A stretch of DNA of 64,000 nucleotides from Amphiscolops sp. MND2022 (taxonomy: Eukaryota). The notes beneath the pieces are model-generated. The model had not been told where the DNA came from, did not search any database, and saw nothing but the letters and a program-made list of their open reading frames with translations. The position numbers and the translations under genes are program-made. Shown one piece after another: positions 50,200 through 62,310 of this stretch. The stretch covers positions 21,948,001 to 22,012,000 of the forward strand of contig OZ076416.1 of assembly GCA_964187785.1 (NCBI GenBank), in the 5' to 3' direction. Every line of letters starts with the position of its first letter. The stretch's first letter is position 1.

Positions 50200-51135
50200 A
50201 GATGGGTAAGCGATGGAAGATATCCATCGTATTCACATCGTTTTAAAGGCTTGTGAAAGCGCGGCGTTGATGCAGGCAGTGCTGAGTGAATCGGTGAAGT
50301 ATTTTCATCGATTCGCCATCGTTGAATTGGGATATTGGAAGTTTTAATTGAATTTTACAGGTGATGGGTAATTGATGGGAAATTTCTATCGTTTTTCCAT
50401 CGTAGTACATTTTCAGACAGTTTTGTGAAGCGTGGTGTAAACGATGGAGATTTTCCATCGTTTTTGCCTCTTTGCGGTGAGCTTGTTTGGCTCGCCTGGT
50501 AGTAAGTGCAACGATGTGAGAACGATGAAACATTTTCATTGTTTTCTCGTCGTTGGTTGTTGACTAGTTAAGTTCGAGTCGGGGAGAATTGACGATGAGT
50601 TAACGATGAAAAATATCCATCGTTTTTCATCGGAGTGATTTTTGGCGTTTTGTTAGTCTTTTAATTGCAGTTTTTGTATATTTTTGGTGTCCACAATCAG
50701 GGCGGTAATGAACCGAATGTCATCCCAAAGCAGGGCCTATGGTCTGTTGACGATTGAGGATATTTTCTCTCTCTACTGAAGGTAATTGTAGAGGGAAGGG
50801 AGATGTAGAAGTGATGGAGAAATTCCATCTCTTTTACATCGTGCTGTGATAAATTTGCAGTCGAGTGCGATGGTTTGTCTAATTTCCACCTAGCAGTTGG
50901 TAGTCAAGTTTTCGTCAACTGAGGGTCGCTAATGAGATGTTGACACGGTGCGAAGCCTACGAATTGTCAACAAACGGGTCATGGAGCTTTACTGTGATTT
51001 TGTGGCATGGTCGGAGAGAAGATCGGGATGAGAAAACGATGGGTGTGAACCATCATTGAACTCACTTGAATTTTATGTGTTTTGGTAGTGATGTGGTACC
51101 GATGGAAATGTTCCATCGGTTTTACATCGTTTCTG
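50200..51135. promoter_or_regulatory. Array of at least 8 quasi-palindromic CGATG-N9-CATCG sites, usually extended by N6-spaced outer pentamers
   Basis: Examples are 50211-50240, 50292-50321, 50362-50402, 50431-50460, 50512-50552, 50593-50632, 50812-50841 and 51089-51129. A regulatory role is inferred. Confidence 0.6.
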
Positions 51136-51221
51136 GTAATTTCACTGTTTCCTCACAATGGAGCGTTATTGAACCATCGTTTTGATGCGAAAGTGTCGTT
51201 TACATGTTTTGCTGTCGTTTT

Positions 51222-53033
51222 CTACTGCAGAGCAGTGTTTGTTTTGCGTAGAGCGCTTCGAGCAGTTGAGATTTTATGAATTAGGAAGTCTGAGTAGCGT
51301 TTCGGCTGAGGGTTTTCGCGTAGACTATATTTGCTTTTATTTGTCCTCGTTGCTATCAGATTTGTCGTTTCGTCATCGTTCACTTGTTGGGGTGTCTCAG
51401 TGTTGGCAGGTATTGTTGGTGGTTCTGGCTGTTTCGCTTGGTCTTCAATGATTTCTCGTGGAATTATCTCATCATTTTCGTTGAATTGCACCTGTGGGGC
51501 GTTTTGAGGCAGGTCGTCTATGATTATTTCCGGTTGTGGTGTTAACGACAGTCGGTTCGGTAGTCGATTTAGCGGTCTGTCGTGTCTGATTGCTTGTCGA
51601 TAATCTGGCGATTTTAATCGAATGACTCTTTCAACTGGTGTTTCTTCATCAGTTTCTGGCTCGTCCGAATCAGAGTTTAATTTTGTTTGTGTGGGAATGT
51701 GGGAATCGAAAATGTCGGAATCTTCCGTGCGGTTCGTGTCAGCGTATACTGGTTGGTTACTGATGACCACGTCTTCTACCTGGAATTCCGGTTTGAAGAT
51801 TTTCAGTCGTATACGGTGAACGCATTGTGTTTTGAACGTTCCTACCTTTCGTATGATGTAGTTACTGTCGGACAGCACTTTCATCACTTTGAACGGACCT
51901 TTCCAGTGGAAGGTTTTAAACTCTTCTTTACAACCCTGTGAGTCGTATTTGGGGTCAAGTAGGAAAACAAGGTCGTTCACTTTGAGTGGTTGTGCTTTTG
52001 CTTTTCTGTCATAATAAGCTTTGTACTTGTGGTATGCAGCTACTATGTTGTCTGTGTTGTTTCGGTAGATTTCGTTCATGTGGTTCAGGATTTGGTTGAA
52101 GTCTCCAAACTTGGTGTCGACTCGTCTTTCAGTGTTAGAGTATTTTAGGTCCAAAGCGTTGTATGGAGTGCGTCCGTGAAAGATTTCAGTTGGTGAACAC
52201 TTCAGAGAAGTGTGATAGGTTGTGTTATGGGCCAGGATTGCTATGTCGACATAGCGGTCCCATTGTGGTCTGTCTACATTTACATGTTTTTTAAGGATCT
52301 TTTTAAGTTTTGCATGACTTCTCTCGACCATGCCTATGGTTTGTGCATGTTTTATTGTTGCATGGGAGATTTCAATGCCAATCGCGTTGGTCAGTTGTTG
52401 GAATAGTTCGGCGGTGAGCACGGATCCTTTGTCAGTCAGGATATGCGTTGGAACGTACGCGTGTTTGGCAAATACCGACAATAGATCGTTAACAACAGAT
52501 GATGTGCCGGGTTCTCGTAGTGGTACAGCAAACAAATAACGCGACAATACGTCGATTGCGGTCAGGATATGTGTGAATCCGTTTGATGCAGGCAGTGGTC
52601 CGACTATGTCGACTTCCATCAGATCCGTAGGGCCGTTACATGGGTCGTATATTTTCTGCAACGGTGGACGGATTTTTGATTCGTTCGTAGATTTCGATCG
52701 CATGCAAGTTTCACAGCTTTCGAGTATTTTTTGTGTTTTTTCAGCAAGACTTGGAGAGTAGTAGCGTTTGCGTAGTTCATGTAACATCTTTTTAGAACCG
52801 GAGTGTCCCTGTTCAGGGTTACTGTGTAAGGACCTGAATATTTCTAACATCACTTGATCAGGTACGACGATCTGTTTATGGGACTCAAGGCCAGTATGGT
52901 CATAAAAGATACGGTACAGAACTCCGTTTACATTTTCAAGGCGTTTCCGGTTTTTGTGAAGTTTTTGGAAAAACGTTGACATCGAGTTCACAGGGTGAGT
53001 CAAAGTTGTTTCGCCAGACAAGATTTTTAACAT
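51222..53033 (-). CDS. Gypsy integrase (HHCC, DDE core, GPY/F) with low-complexity tail
   Basis: LHSNPEQGHSG..CETC, MEVDIVGP, ILTDKGS, GMVERSH and WKGPFKV motifs in a 603-aa open frame. Confidence 0.93.
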   Translation of the reverse strand: MLKILSGETTLTHPVNSMSTFFQKLHKNRKRLENVNGVLYRIFYDHTGLESHKQIVVPDQVMLEIFRSLHSNPEQGHSGSKKMLHELRKRYYSPSLAEKTQKILESCETCMRSKSTNESKIRPPLQKIYDPCNGPTDLMEVDIVGPLPASNGFTHILTAIDVLSRYLFAVPLREPGTSSVVNDLLSVFAKHAYVPTHILTDKGSVLTAELFQQLTNAIGIEISHATIKHAQTIGMVERSHAKLKKILKKHVNVDRPQWDRYVDIAILAHNTTYHTSLKCSPTEIFHGRTPYNALDLKYSNTERRVDTKFGDFNQILNHMNEIYRNNTDNIVAAYHKYKAYYDRKAKAQPLKVNDLVFLLDPKYDSQGCKEEFKTFHWKGPFKVMKVLSDSNYIIRKVGTFKTQCVHRIRLKIFKPEFQVEDVVISNQPVYADTNRTEDSDIFDSHIPTQTKLNSDSDEPETDEETPVERVIRLKSPDYRQAIRHDRPLNRLPNRLSLTPQPEIIIDDLPQNAPQVQFNENDEIIPREIIEDQAKQPEPPTIPANTETPQQVNDDETTNLIATRTNKSKYSLRENPQPKRYSDFLIHKISTARSALRKTNTALQ

Positions 53034-53046
53034 AAGTGGAAGGTCA

Positions 53047-53850
53047 CTATTTGTTTATTGAATAGATCGACTCCCCCTGGTAGATCTGAGGGGAGCTTGT
53101 GTGATCAGCCTCAGAGGCCAGTGGTGTGGATTGTGCGCAGTTCATCGTTCTGTCATCGTCACTGGCTGTCGTTGCCACGTCAACTGTTTTCATCGATTTA
53201 CCATCGTCGATCGTCACTGTCTCAGAGTTGATCACTTTCCTCGGTTTTGCATCATGTGACTTCTTCTGTCTCAGTGTTTCGCCAGGAGGGAAGTAGTCTG
53301 GTTCGTCTTCCTCCTGTTTTGGCGTCTTCGAGGCGATTTCGATTTCTATGTGGTGTACTGGAATGGAATCAGTTAATTTTAAATGAACACGTTCTTCAGG
53401 TCGAATTTCCCACCTGGAAAGGTAATCCGCTGCGGGATTCTCTACACCTTGTGCTAAAATAAAATTAAACTGAAGCGTCTGGTCACAAAATTTCCAAAGT
53501 GACGGTGGTATGTGTTTGGCCTGAAAGAAACGGGTGAGTGCTTTATTATCTATCATTACAATTATAGATTTCTTTGCACGCCACAGAATGTGGCCGAACT
53601 CGTCGAAAGCGAAGTGCATGGCTGAAAACTCTTTAGCGTACATTGTTAATGACATCTGTCCACCCTGAAATTTCTTAGAGCCAAAAGCAACTGGTGCGTA
53701 CTTTTTCAAGCTACCCGATTGTGTTTCAGAGTAGTCTTCTATTAAAAGAACATAACCTGCTGCATGTTCACTCGCGCCACACGTGATTACTAATTGTTTA
53801 TCCGGAAGGGGAAGTTTCAATGCCAGTTTAGTAGCCTTGAGTAATAACAT
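53047..53850 (-). pseudogene. Gypsy RNase H plus linker (frameshifted from RT)
   Basis: VITCGASEHAAGYVLL (D changed to G), YAKEFSAMHFAFDEF, IDNKAL and NPAADYLSR. Confidence 0.88.
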
Positions 53851-54376
53851 CTTTGTGACGTTGTTCTAATTTAAAAATAGTGTCTTTTTTGATTAACTCG
53901 TGGAGAACGGCTGTTTTGTCTGCCAACCGGGGAATGTAGGACCTGTAAAAGTTGACAAATCCTAAGTACCGTTGGAGAGCTTTAACTGAATTGGGAGGTT
54001 TGAGTTTTTTCAAAAAGTCAGTTATTCGTTTTTCGATGGGTGCTATTCCAGTGCTACAAATTGATTTGCCAAGGTTTTCAATTTGTTGTTGGCCGAATTC
54101 ACATTTATTCATGCTGAGTTTCAAACCAGCTTTGGACAACTGCTGAAAAACAAGTTCTAAATTTTCAATCAATTCATTAGGCGTATTTGCAGCTATGCCT
54201 ATGTCGCCAACATACTGGGCACAGCGGTCCGCTTTGACCAAGGGGTCCAAGTACTCGCGGACTACGCTGATGAAGGCTGAAAGAGAACGGTTAAAACCTT
54301 GAGCTAGTCTAAGAAAAGCAAAAGTACGGAATCCAAAGTTAAAAGACAAAAGTTGGATTGACTGCTCATCGGCCAT
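53828..54376 (-). pseudogene. Gypsy reverse transcriptase C-terminal part (YVGD instead of YVDD)
   Basis: RLAQGFNRS, AQYVGDIGIA, LKLSMNKCEFG and LQRYLGFVNFYR. The catalytic Asp is substituted. Confidence 0.9.
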
Positions 54377-56067
54377 AGGAATGCAATGGTAGGCCTGGGA
54401 ACAATCAAGTTTACAGAAATATTTTTCTCGGCCATGTGTTGAGCAGCGTCTGTAACAGTTGTGACTGGGTGGTTGTGTTCGCCGTAATCGTTCCTGATCA
54501 GGTGGTTGATTCTCCGCAAGTCAACTAAAATCCTTAGTTTACCATTCGGTTTACGCTGTGCAAATATCGGTGAAGAGTATTTGCTGTAAGGAAGAGTAGT
54601 TATAATCCCGTACTCCTGCATTAACGCTAAATCTACAAGCAAGTCATCTTTTAGGTTAGTAGGGGTAGGGAGACTTTGGGAGTACATTGGTTTTTCATGC
54701 TGGGGTGTTAATTTTACTTTAAAATCGGTGTTCATACCGATGTCTAAACAATGTTTACCACAAATGGAGTTGTACTTTACCAGCAACTCCTCTACCTGAG
54801 CTTGTTGAGACGGAGAGAGAAGTGATTCCTCCCACTTGAAGTTCTGCAGGAACTTGACTCGTTCTTCATGGGAGCGGGCAGGATCGAGCTTCTCCAGTTC
54901 TCTGAGGGCCAGAATCTCATCGAAAATGCGTCTTTCGATCTTGTTGAGTTTATCTGGTTCACTGCACGTCTCTGGTGTCGGGTACCATTTTGTAGACTTC
55001 ATCTCGGGGTTCACGAAGAGTTGATTGATCACTGCTGCTGCATCGTCTGGGTGATCGGTGATCAACTTCAGGTGTTCGACTGGCATCGGTGTGATGTTGG
55101 CTGCTTGATGGGGCGTTGGTATTCTGAAGTGTGCCAGGTTGGTGTTGGCTTCAAGTGTGTACACGTGCTCATCGGGGTTGGTGACCTGAATCATCGTTTT
55201 TCCATCGTCAAGGTCAACCACTGCTGGAGACACCAAGAGACACGTCTTGCGCATGAACGCTGGAGTCCCTTCTACCGTGCCAGTTGTACGTGATATGTCC
55301 GCATAACTGTGGACCTCAATCAGCACTTGATGGTGGGGAGGGATGGTCGTTCTGCTGCTGGAATACAAATGACTTAACCCAGTTTTGAACTTTTTGTTTG
55401 TTTGTTGTCTCACTTGCATTGACATCATATGGTTAGGAAAGTGAACTAGATGATTTTTGATGTCAAGATTGACAGAATATTTTTCAAAAAACGCCATTCC
55501 AATCAGGATTGTTCCCATTGTTGGGAAGTCCAAAAAGACTTCTTCAAATACTTTTTCTGCTATGAAAAAGCGTAAAAGGACTTGTTTTCGAATGGGGACC
55601 AAGTTGCCGTTAGCTATCTTAACTTTGAAGTTAGGGGGTGGTAATTCATCTAATACTGCTTCGGGATGAGCAGTGGTGATTTTGCGTAATTCTGCTTCCG
55701 AGAGTGCGCTATGTACTGCTCCAGTGTCTAAAAGACCTTGGTTTTCGTAATTGTTAAACTGCAGGGGAACAAACAACATCTTATCCTTTTTATTTAAATG
55801 TAAGGTTGGACTAAGCACGTGAAATTGGTTCTTGGTTGCATGTTTTTTAGTTTTCGGAACACTATTCTTGTCGTTTGCATGTGTTTTACTACTAAGCCGT
55901 TTTGTCGATTTGTCATCTGTTGAGAGTCGGTCCGTTGGTTGTAGATGTGGGGACATCTCTTTGGCATCGTGCGCAGGCGTCAATGCGTCGTTATGCCACT
56001 TCATCGTTTGCTCATCGAGTGAATTTTCCAATGGAGTGATTTTGTTAGTGGTCTTCATTGACTCCAT
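54304..56067 (-). pseudogene. pol: Gypsy pol N-terminal part: protease, spacer, RT N-terminus
   Basis: GLLDTGAVHS and ILIGMAF (protease); YSSPIFAQRKPNGKLRILVDLRRIN (RT). Confidence 0.9.
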
Positions 56068-56364
56068 CGGTTGTTCATCGGTTTTCTGGTTTCTTCGCAG
56101 ATAGACTTCGTCTGCTTTGCGGGAATCACCAGAGGGCTGCCAAGACCTCTGATGACGATTGTGTTAATTTTGTTGAGTCGAGTGAGTTGTTGAGTCGAAA
56201 GTTGAATGCGCACGTCGGTTGTTTGCGGAGTGAAATTGTGGCTTTACTGAAAATCCTGTTCTTCTTCTGAGGACTGGTCTGCGTTGTCCTCTTGGATTTC
56301 CAGTTGGTTCATTGGACGTTGCTGCTGTTTTAATTCACGTCGCCGTTCTTTGTTTTCCTGGTCA

Positions 56365-57703
56365 TCAGTTCGTTTGTATGGGAGTTGTCCATATGGGGTG
56401 CTCGTTTGTTTGGGAATTCGTTTTCAGCAATCTCTGAATGCCCAGTGTATCCGCAAATCTGGCAAACAAGTTTTGGGTTGTATTTTGGTTTATCGTCTTC
56501 CTGTCGTTTGGCTGGTTGTATGGCGTCTGGCTTGGTTGTTCCATTAGCCTCATCTCGTTGTCGTCCTCAGCATTCCTGTTTGCAATGTCCTTGTTTCCCA
56601 CAATAGAAACATTTGCCCTCGAATCGTTTGATCTCGGTTTTGGGTTGGGCTTGGTCAGATCGTGTGAATTCCCTCTTTGTGGTGTTATCAGACATCTGGT
56701 TGAATGGGTGGTACATGGATGTGGTTTGTTGAAGTACGTTCTGGTACTTGTATTTTCGGAGCAGGTATGTTTTGATTTCTTCAGGGCTACTGTCTTCTGT
56801 GTTCGCCATTGTTAGCTCTTGTTGGATTTCTACTGGTAATTTCCCGAAGAAGAACATTTTTATGCATTTGTCAGCTTCGTCGCCGTATGCTTGTTTGGCG
56901 ATTTTCTTAAGGTCTTTTAGAAAGTCTCCGAATGTTTGAGTGGTTGGGCCGTATTTGGCTTCGTTCCATTTGTATCGGGCGACTTCCCGTATGTCTTCTT
57001 TGGCAAATTCCTTTCTGAATAATTGGAGGACATCTTGTAGTGTGGTTGTGAAGCTGATTGTGATTGTTTGCCAAAAGTCAATGGCTTCGTCACGGAGTAG
57101 GCTTTGGAAGAAATGGATTTTATCTTCTTCCGTGATTTTGTTGGCAATTGGTCGGAAGTGATTCAGTAACAGGTGTTCGAATTCATTATACTTGTCTTTA
57201 GTTCCACGGAAGTTTGGAACATGTGTTTGGAGTAATTTTGTGTTTGTTTTTTGCAATTTCCGGAGTAGATCTTGGATGGCGTTAAGTAGTGCAGATTCCG
57301 TGGTGTTGCTGGGTGCGTCTTCGTAGTCTTTGTCAAATTCGTCGTCGTGGAACTGGTTTCGATGATTTCTGTGAGTCCTGTTGTCTCATGTCACCATGTT
57401 GGAGGTCCCTACAGCGTAAGACGACTATGCAGTGGAACCATCATTTTGCTTATCTCTTTCTATCATAGCTTTTAACATTGCCATTTCGTCGTGTTGGCGA
57501 TTAAACCTCTCTTCGTTTTCACGTTGCGTAGAATTTTCGTTGGTTGGCGAATTTCTACCAGACTGATTTAGTTCATCTGCGGAATTACTAGAAGATTCCA
57601 TGTTCGGGTTAAGACTAAGATTTGTAGTTTTAGTAGGAGAATGCTGTGATAAATTCGTTAATACTTTGCCGTTTCTAAGTACTTTCGCTGTCTCAATACT
57701 CAT
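56365..57703 (-). pseudogene. gag: Gypsy gag (frameshifted) with CCHC knuckle
   Basis: ORF 57425-57703 starts MSIETAKVLRNGKV. ORF 56567-57256 has VPNFRGTKDKYNEFEHLL and ends CFYCGKQGHCKQEC. Confidence 0.88.
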
Positions 57704-58896
57704 ATGCGAGGAAAAGTACGAATGTAGGATAAGAGTTGAATTGTGAAAGAATGTAGTTTAAGGTCAATCGATTGTATACGTTTGAGAGCAGGTAAGGCAA
57801 GTACTCGTACAGTGTAGCTATAGCGTTGAGTGAGTTAATCGGCGGCCCCCTCACCAGATCGATGGTAAGACTCAATTCTTACCATCGCTTCATTCTCATT
57901 GGTCGTTGGGTATGGTGCTAATTAGCACTTGGTCATCTGACCGGAGCTTGTCCTGAGTCATGGTGATTACTGCAAGTGCGCTAAATTGATGTAAAATGGA
58001 CTGAAATCAAGTTCTGAACTTCAGAGATGTATAAATGATGATTTGCTAGCACTGAATGAATTACAAAGTAAAATACAACTAGTTTTGTCGTTTCTCCATC
58101 GTTTTACACCAGTTGATCACATTAGTATGGTAGTAGATGAAGTACAGATGAAAGGGGTGTAGTCGGTGGTCCGCGTGATCAACTAGATGTGAAAACGATG
58201 AATCGTGTGAGCAGGGGAGAGTAATTCAATAGGTGGGAGTAGTTTCATCATTTCTTCATCGCTTGTATGTTCGCGTTAAACTAACAATTATTAACGATGT
58301 ATAAACGATGAAACATTTCCATCGGTTTTACATCGTCGTGTAAGTTAGTGTCAATTGAAGAAATAACAAGTACCATCGGTTTCACATCGTCATTCTAAAT
58401 TCTCTTTCCTGGCTGTGCTATATGACCAGACGATGTAATAAACATGAAACTTGTTTACTTCGTACTAGAATAAGAGATTCAGCACAGATTTCATCGTTTT
58501 AGCATCTTCAATCGATTATTAGACTTGTCATGTTAGTTTGCTCTGAGGCAGGAGCTTCCTAACAGTCTTAGTTCTATTTTCTCCATTTAGCGGTCCAGTT
58601 CGACCGAGAAAACTATCTTCCTTTCTCGTGACAAGCCATTAAATATAAAATAGCATCATTTGCTTATTAGCACGATCATGAATTGCGGACAAACGGAACT
58701 AGAATGCTCAGTATTAAATAAATAAAAAGCTCAAATCTCACTGGGGAAATAGGGGATTAGGTACAAGTACTGTAGGGTTGCTCACAACCATAGATCTTAT
58801 TATATGACATCATATTGCCCATATCTAAGTACATAAGACATATTATTTACATTACAGATATTTAGTAAATTATATTTCCATCATACTGGCATGACA
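57632..58896 (-). repeat. 5' LTR (the repeat extends into the gag start)
   Basis: Direct repeat of 43442-44852. It begins TGTCATGCCAG on the minus strand at 58896. Confidence 0.9.
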
Positions 58897-60199
58897 CTTG
58901 GGCTTGTATGTTCCACAGTCTTTATCTAAAGCAATGAGCATCAATTCACCGAATCATATAAGGTCCAAATCTTATCGAATGTGACATAAAGCCAAACACA
59001 AGGCCGAAATGTGACCTCGAAAATACTAATCTGGTGTCGAAATAAGTGTAAAGGTACGTTCCTTCAGCAGATGGGTGGGAACGTTTAACCATAAATGGAG
59101 GATGGAACGATTTCGTTACCAGTTAGCTTCTACTAAATTCTGAAGGCACTAGCTGAATGTATTGTAAAAACTTGATTTTCAGACGATATACATAGCATTG
59201 CACGCCTTTTCACGAACTATTGACTTGACTTCTCCGAAATCAAGAAAGCATGACCAAAAAATTAGTGCAGATTTTTGGTTTCTCCAGTTTCCGTTTGTGG
59301 CCGTTTTATCCCACTGGTATCAAGGTCGGGTCAAAGCGGCTCTAGCATTTTTTGAAACATGCTGAAATTCAATCAGAGACACGAGGCGTGCAAGGTTTTG
59401 GCGCAAATTCTAGAGAAAGCCCTTATCGTCTTCCTTCGAACGTGCAATAAATCGTTTGTCGGACTTGAATAGTTTAGGAGATATAGCGATTCAAAGTTTG
59501 AGCACCGGATTTTTGGATGGATTCGGAAATTTCCTTGCCATTTAGGGTAAAGGGATAGTGACATATAGGGAAAGAATTGCTCTTGATGAAGGCTGGGGAC
59601 AATTGCCAAAAAATTGTTGAATGGATCTGTGAAGGCACCATCGCCAATATGGTTAGTTGTATGAGAAGGATATGTTAACGCCTGCTACAAGACTAGAAAA
59701 CATATAAAAGTTGGATAAAACATACATGCAAATAAAATATTTTATTTGAAATGATTTCAAACTCTCTGTGTAAACTCAAAAGTGCAAAAAAATCGATCTT
59801 CAAAATTCAAGTGGCGTACGCTTTAACCACTACGCAGTTTTGTGAGAAACATTAGAAATAGAAAAAGGTAAATCAATTGGGTGTAAATTTATATATTCTT
59901 CATAGTAGAACAACCACAACTCATCCAAATAGAACGCAAAATGATCATAATTGATCTTGCAGATTGCGCCCCTAGAAAATTATAAGCCAAACATTACTCA
60001 GCATCAAAATATCAAACTTGTTCTTCACACTATCTTGCAAAATATAATTGGCTAGTAATTTATTACAACACGATCTTTCATCAACAATGTATAGTTCATT
60101 GATTAGATTGAGATGTTTTTGGGGCACGAGCTTTGCGAGATGCCTATATGGTGACGTTTTTTTCCACAGATTTCGTGACATGTGCCATTTTTTCAAATT

Positions 60200-61070
60200 G
60201 TGAGGCAAATTTCTCAGAACCCAGAACAGATACGGACACCATGTTTTCGCCAAAAATTGCGCAGGATCCTAGGCTACATTTTCGTCAATAAAAGTTTTGA
60301 AAAAAATTCGGCTTCATGGGTTTTTTTTCAAAAGAATTTTTGAAAAAACGCTATTTTTGACTGTTTTTCATATTTGATCCCCTATATCTCAGAACTGAGA
60401 ACAAATACAGGGTCCATGGTTTCGTAAATTGTACAAGCGTTTTATAGGGTACATTTTGGCCTAAAAATGGCGTCAAAAGTTTTTTCATATTCGGTGTTTT
60501 TGGGCAAAAAAGAGGACAAAAATTTTTTTCTCATTCGTAGCTCATATTTCTCAAAACTGATAAAAGATACAGAAACCGTTCTCTTTCGAGAAGAACAGCA
60601 TAGATTAAGGCTACTTTTGGACCAACAAAGTTACCGTCATCAAGTATGACACCTTCGTTTTTCTGCCAAAAATACTTCAATTTTTTTCAAAAAAAAATTC
60701 TTGGCTCTTTACTTGAGCTCGTATATCTCATGACCGAGACCAAATATGGGGTTCATGGTTTCGTTAATTTTACGAGGCTTATGTAGGCTACGTTTAAGGC
60801 TAAAAGAGGTGTCGAACTTTTTTTCGCTCTGGATTTTTTTAGCAAATAAAGTAATGAAAAAATTTTTCTGAATTTTTCCGTTTTTTAGAAATTTGTAGCT
60901 GATTTTCCTCAGAACTGAAAATTGATACGAAAACCATTCTCCCTCACAAAGTGAGGCAAGTATGTAGGCTACTGTTTGTACTATCAAAGTTTCCGTCATG
61001 AAGTATGACGCCTTCGGGTTTCTGCCAAGAATACATTTTTTCATTTTCTCAAAATATTTTCCTTCATCTT
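60200..61070. repeat. Diverged tandem subrepeats (about 170-180 bp, A-B-A-B pattern)
   Basis: ccatggtttcgtaaatt (about 60415) matches tcatggtttcgttaatt (about 60753). ccgtcatcaagtatgacaccttcg (about 60634) matches ccgtcatgaagtatgacgccttcg (about 60993). Confidence 0.6.
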
Positions 61071-61337
61071 TTTAGTTCTTTCATCAAAATCTCCTCATCT
61101 GAGACTGGATAAGTTCACAAGGTTGTGGGCCCTGGAACACAAGGAATTTGTGACACCTTCTGCAGACCGTTGAACGTTTCTGCTCGTGCCCAAGCGCGAT
61201 ATGCCGTCGCGCCTATGTTTTTAACTGTCGTACAATCATCGTTTTGGAATGAGGTCTAACTTTTTCAGCTAATTATAAGCTTCGTCAAATTTTTTTAAAC
61301 GATGTTTTTTGCTCCTTAGTGCTCGCATTATTAGGAG

Positions 61338-62310
61338 CCCGGGTCGACCCTCCATGGATATCTTAGTAAGATCTTGACAAGATCTTGCCAAGAATTGCAA
61401 GATGTCATGGCAAGATCTTATCAAGAGAGCTGTGTTCCCAAGAAAAAATTCATTGTAAAATCCAATTCGGGCAGGAAAGATTTGAAAGGAAGTCAACAAA
61501 AATATACATCTATGCAGATTTACATTGTTAGACATGACAATTTTCTGCAAGGTATAAAATTTCATTGAAGAGTGCTTATGCTGTATGTTTAGGGAGGCAC
61601 TGATTAAATTGTTCTATCAATAGCAAAACCGTCGCCAATAACGGCGTCAAAAAAGCCACGAGCTGAATCATTACCCAAAACGGGGCAGTGACCGCCGTTT
61701 CCAGCAGTAATAGGACTACTGAAACAGGCACACAGAAAGCTGGAGATATGAATTTCAAAAAATTCCGGATTTCGAATAATTCCCTGTGTAACTTTCCGAT
61801 AGTGGCTCTAGACATTTAAGAGCATTTTTCTTCGTGTCTGGAATCGACAGGAGTGATACGTTACAAGTTTTCAGAAGTCCCTAAAATGAGCTTCCAATTA
61901 GTACATTCATTTTTCAGTCTTAAGAAGGTTAGGAGTTATTTAGGAGTTATTAGGATTCTCGTCAGTATTTCGGAAGCCAGAATAGGTTATCGTAATTTTT
62001 CAGCACATTCTTGCATGCAAATTTATTTCAGCGGGTTGAAGCATTTTGATTATGAAAACGAGTTGAAATAGTCATTGCTGGGTGAAATTAGCCTTTAGAT
62101 AGAGTCTCGGCTGCTTGTACCGAAGATATAGTGTTTTTTTTAATCTTGGATTTTTGTCCATCGTGATAAGATACGATCTTGGAATAATGTATTATCTTAG
62201 TAATATCTTAAGAAGAATCTTGCCATGGTTTCCATGGTCGCGAAGATGTAGTAAGAATTTGGCAAGATCTTGCCAAGACAGCCAAGATGCTAATAAGAGG
62301 GTAACCCGAG
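61338..62310. repeat. CAAGATCTTG-family repeat blocks (61338-61430 and 62140-62310) with partially inverted ends
   Basis: cccgggtcgaccctc..aagatcttgacaagatcttgccaag on the left and ggcaagatcttgccaag..gagggtaacccg on the right. Confidence 0.5.

Larger units (their letters stand above)
43442..58896 (-). mobile_element. Large (about 15.5 kb) Ty3/Gypsy LTR retrotransposon with an extra antisense gene
   Basis: Direct repeats at 43442-44852 and 57632-58896, beginning TGTCA on the minus strand. Order is gag (CCHC) - PR - RT - RNaseH - INT. There are 6.4 kb of extra sequence between the integrase stop (51222) and the 3' LTR. I found no target-site duplication. Confidence 0.93.

Noticed and set aside
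58897-58902. Target-site duplication for the large Gypsy element
   Set aside because: The right flank cttggg does not match the left flank (tctcaa before 43442).
59600-59680. WICEGTIA as the missing CGG-type exon of the protease
   Set aside because: No following AAHC motif, no convincing acceptor site, and stops close by.
61576-61815. Hydrophobic 79-aa minus-strand ORF as a membrane protein gene
   Set aside because: It is short, has no family motif or clear splice context, and is compatible with chance in AT-rich DNA.
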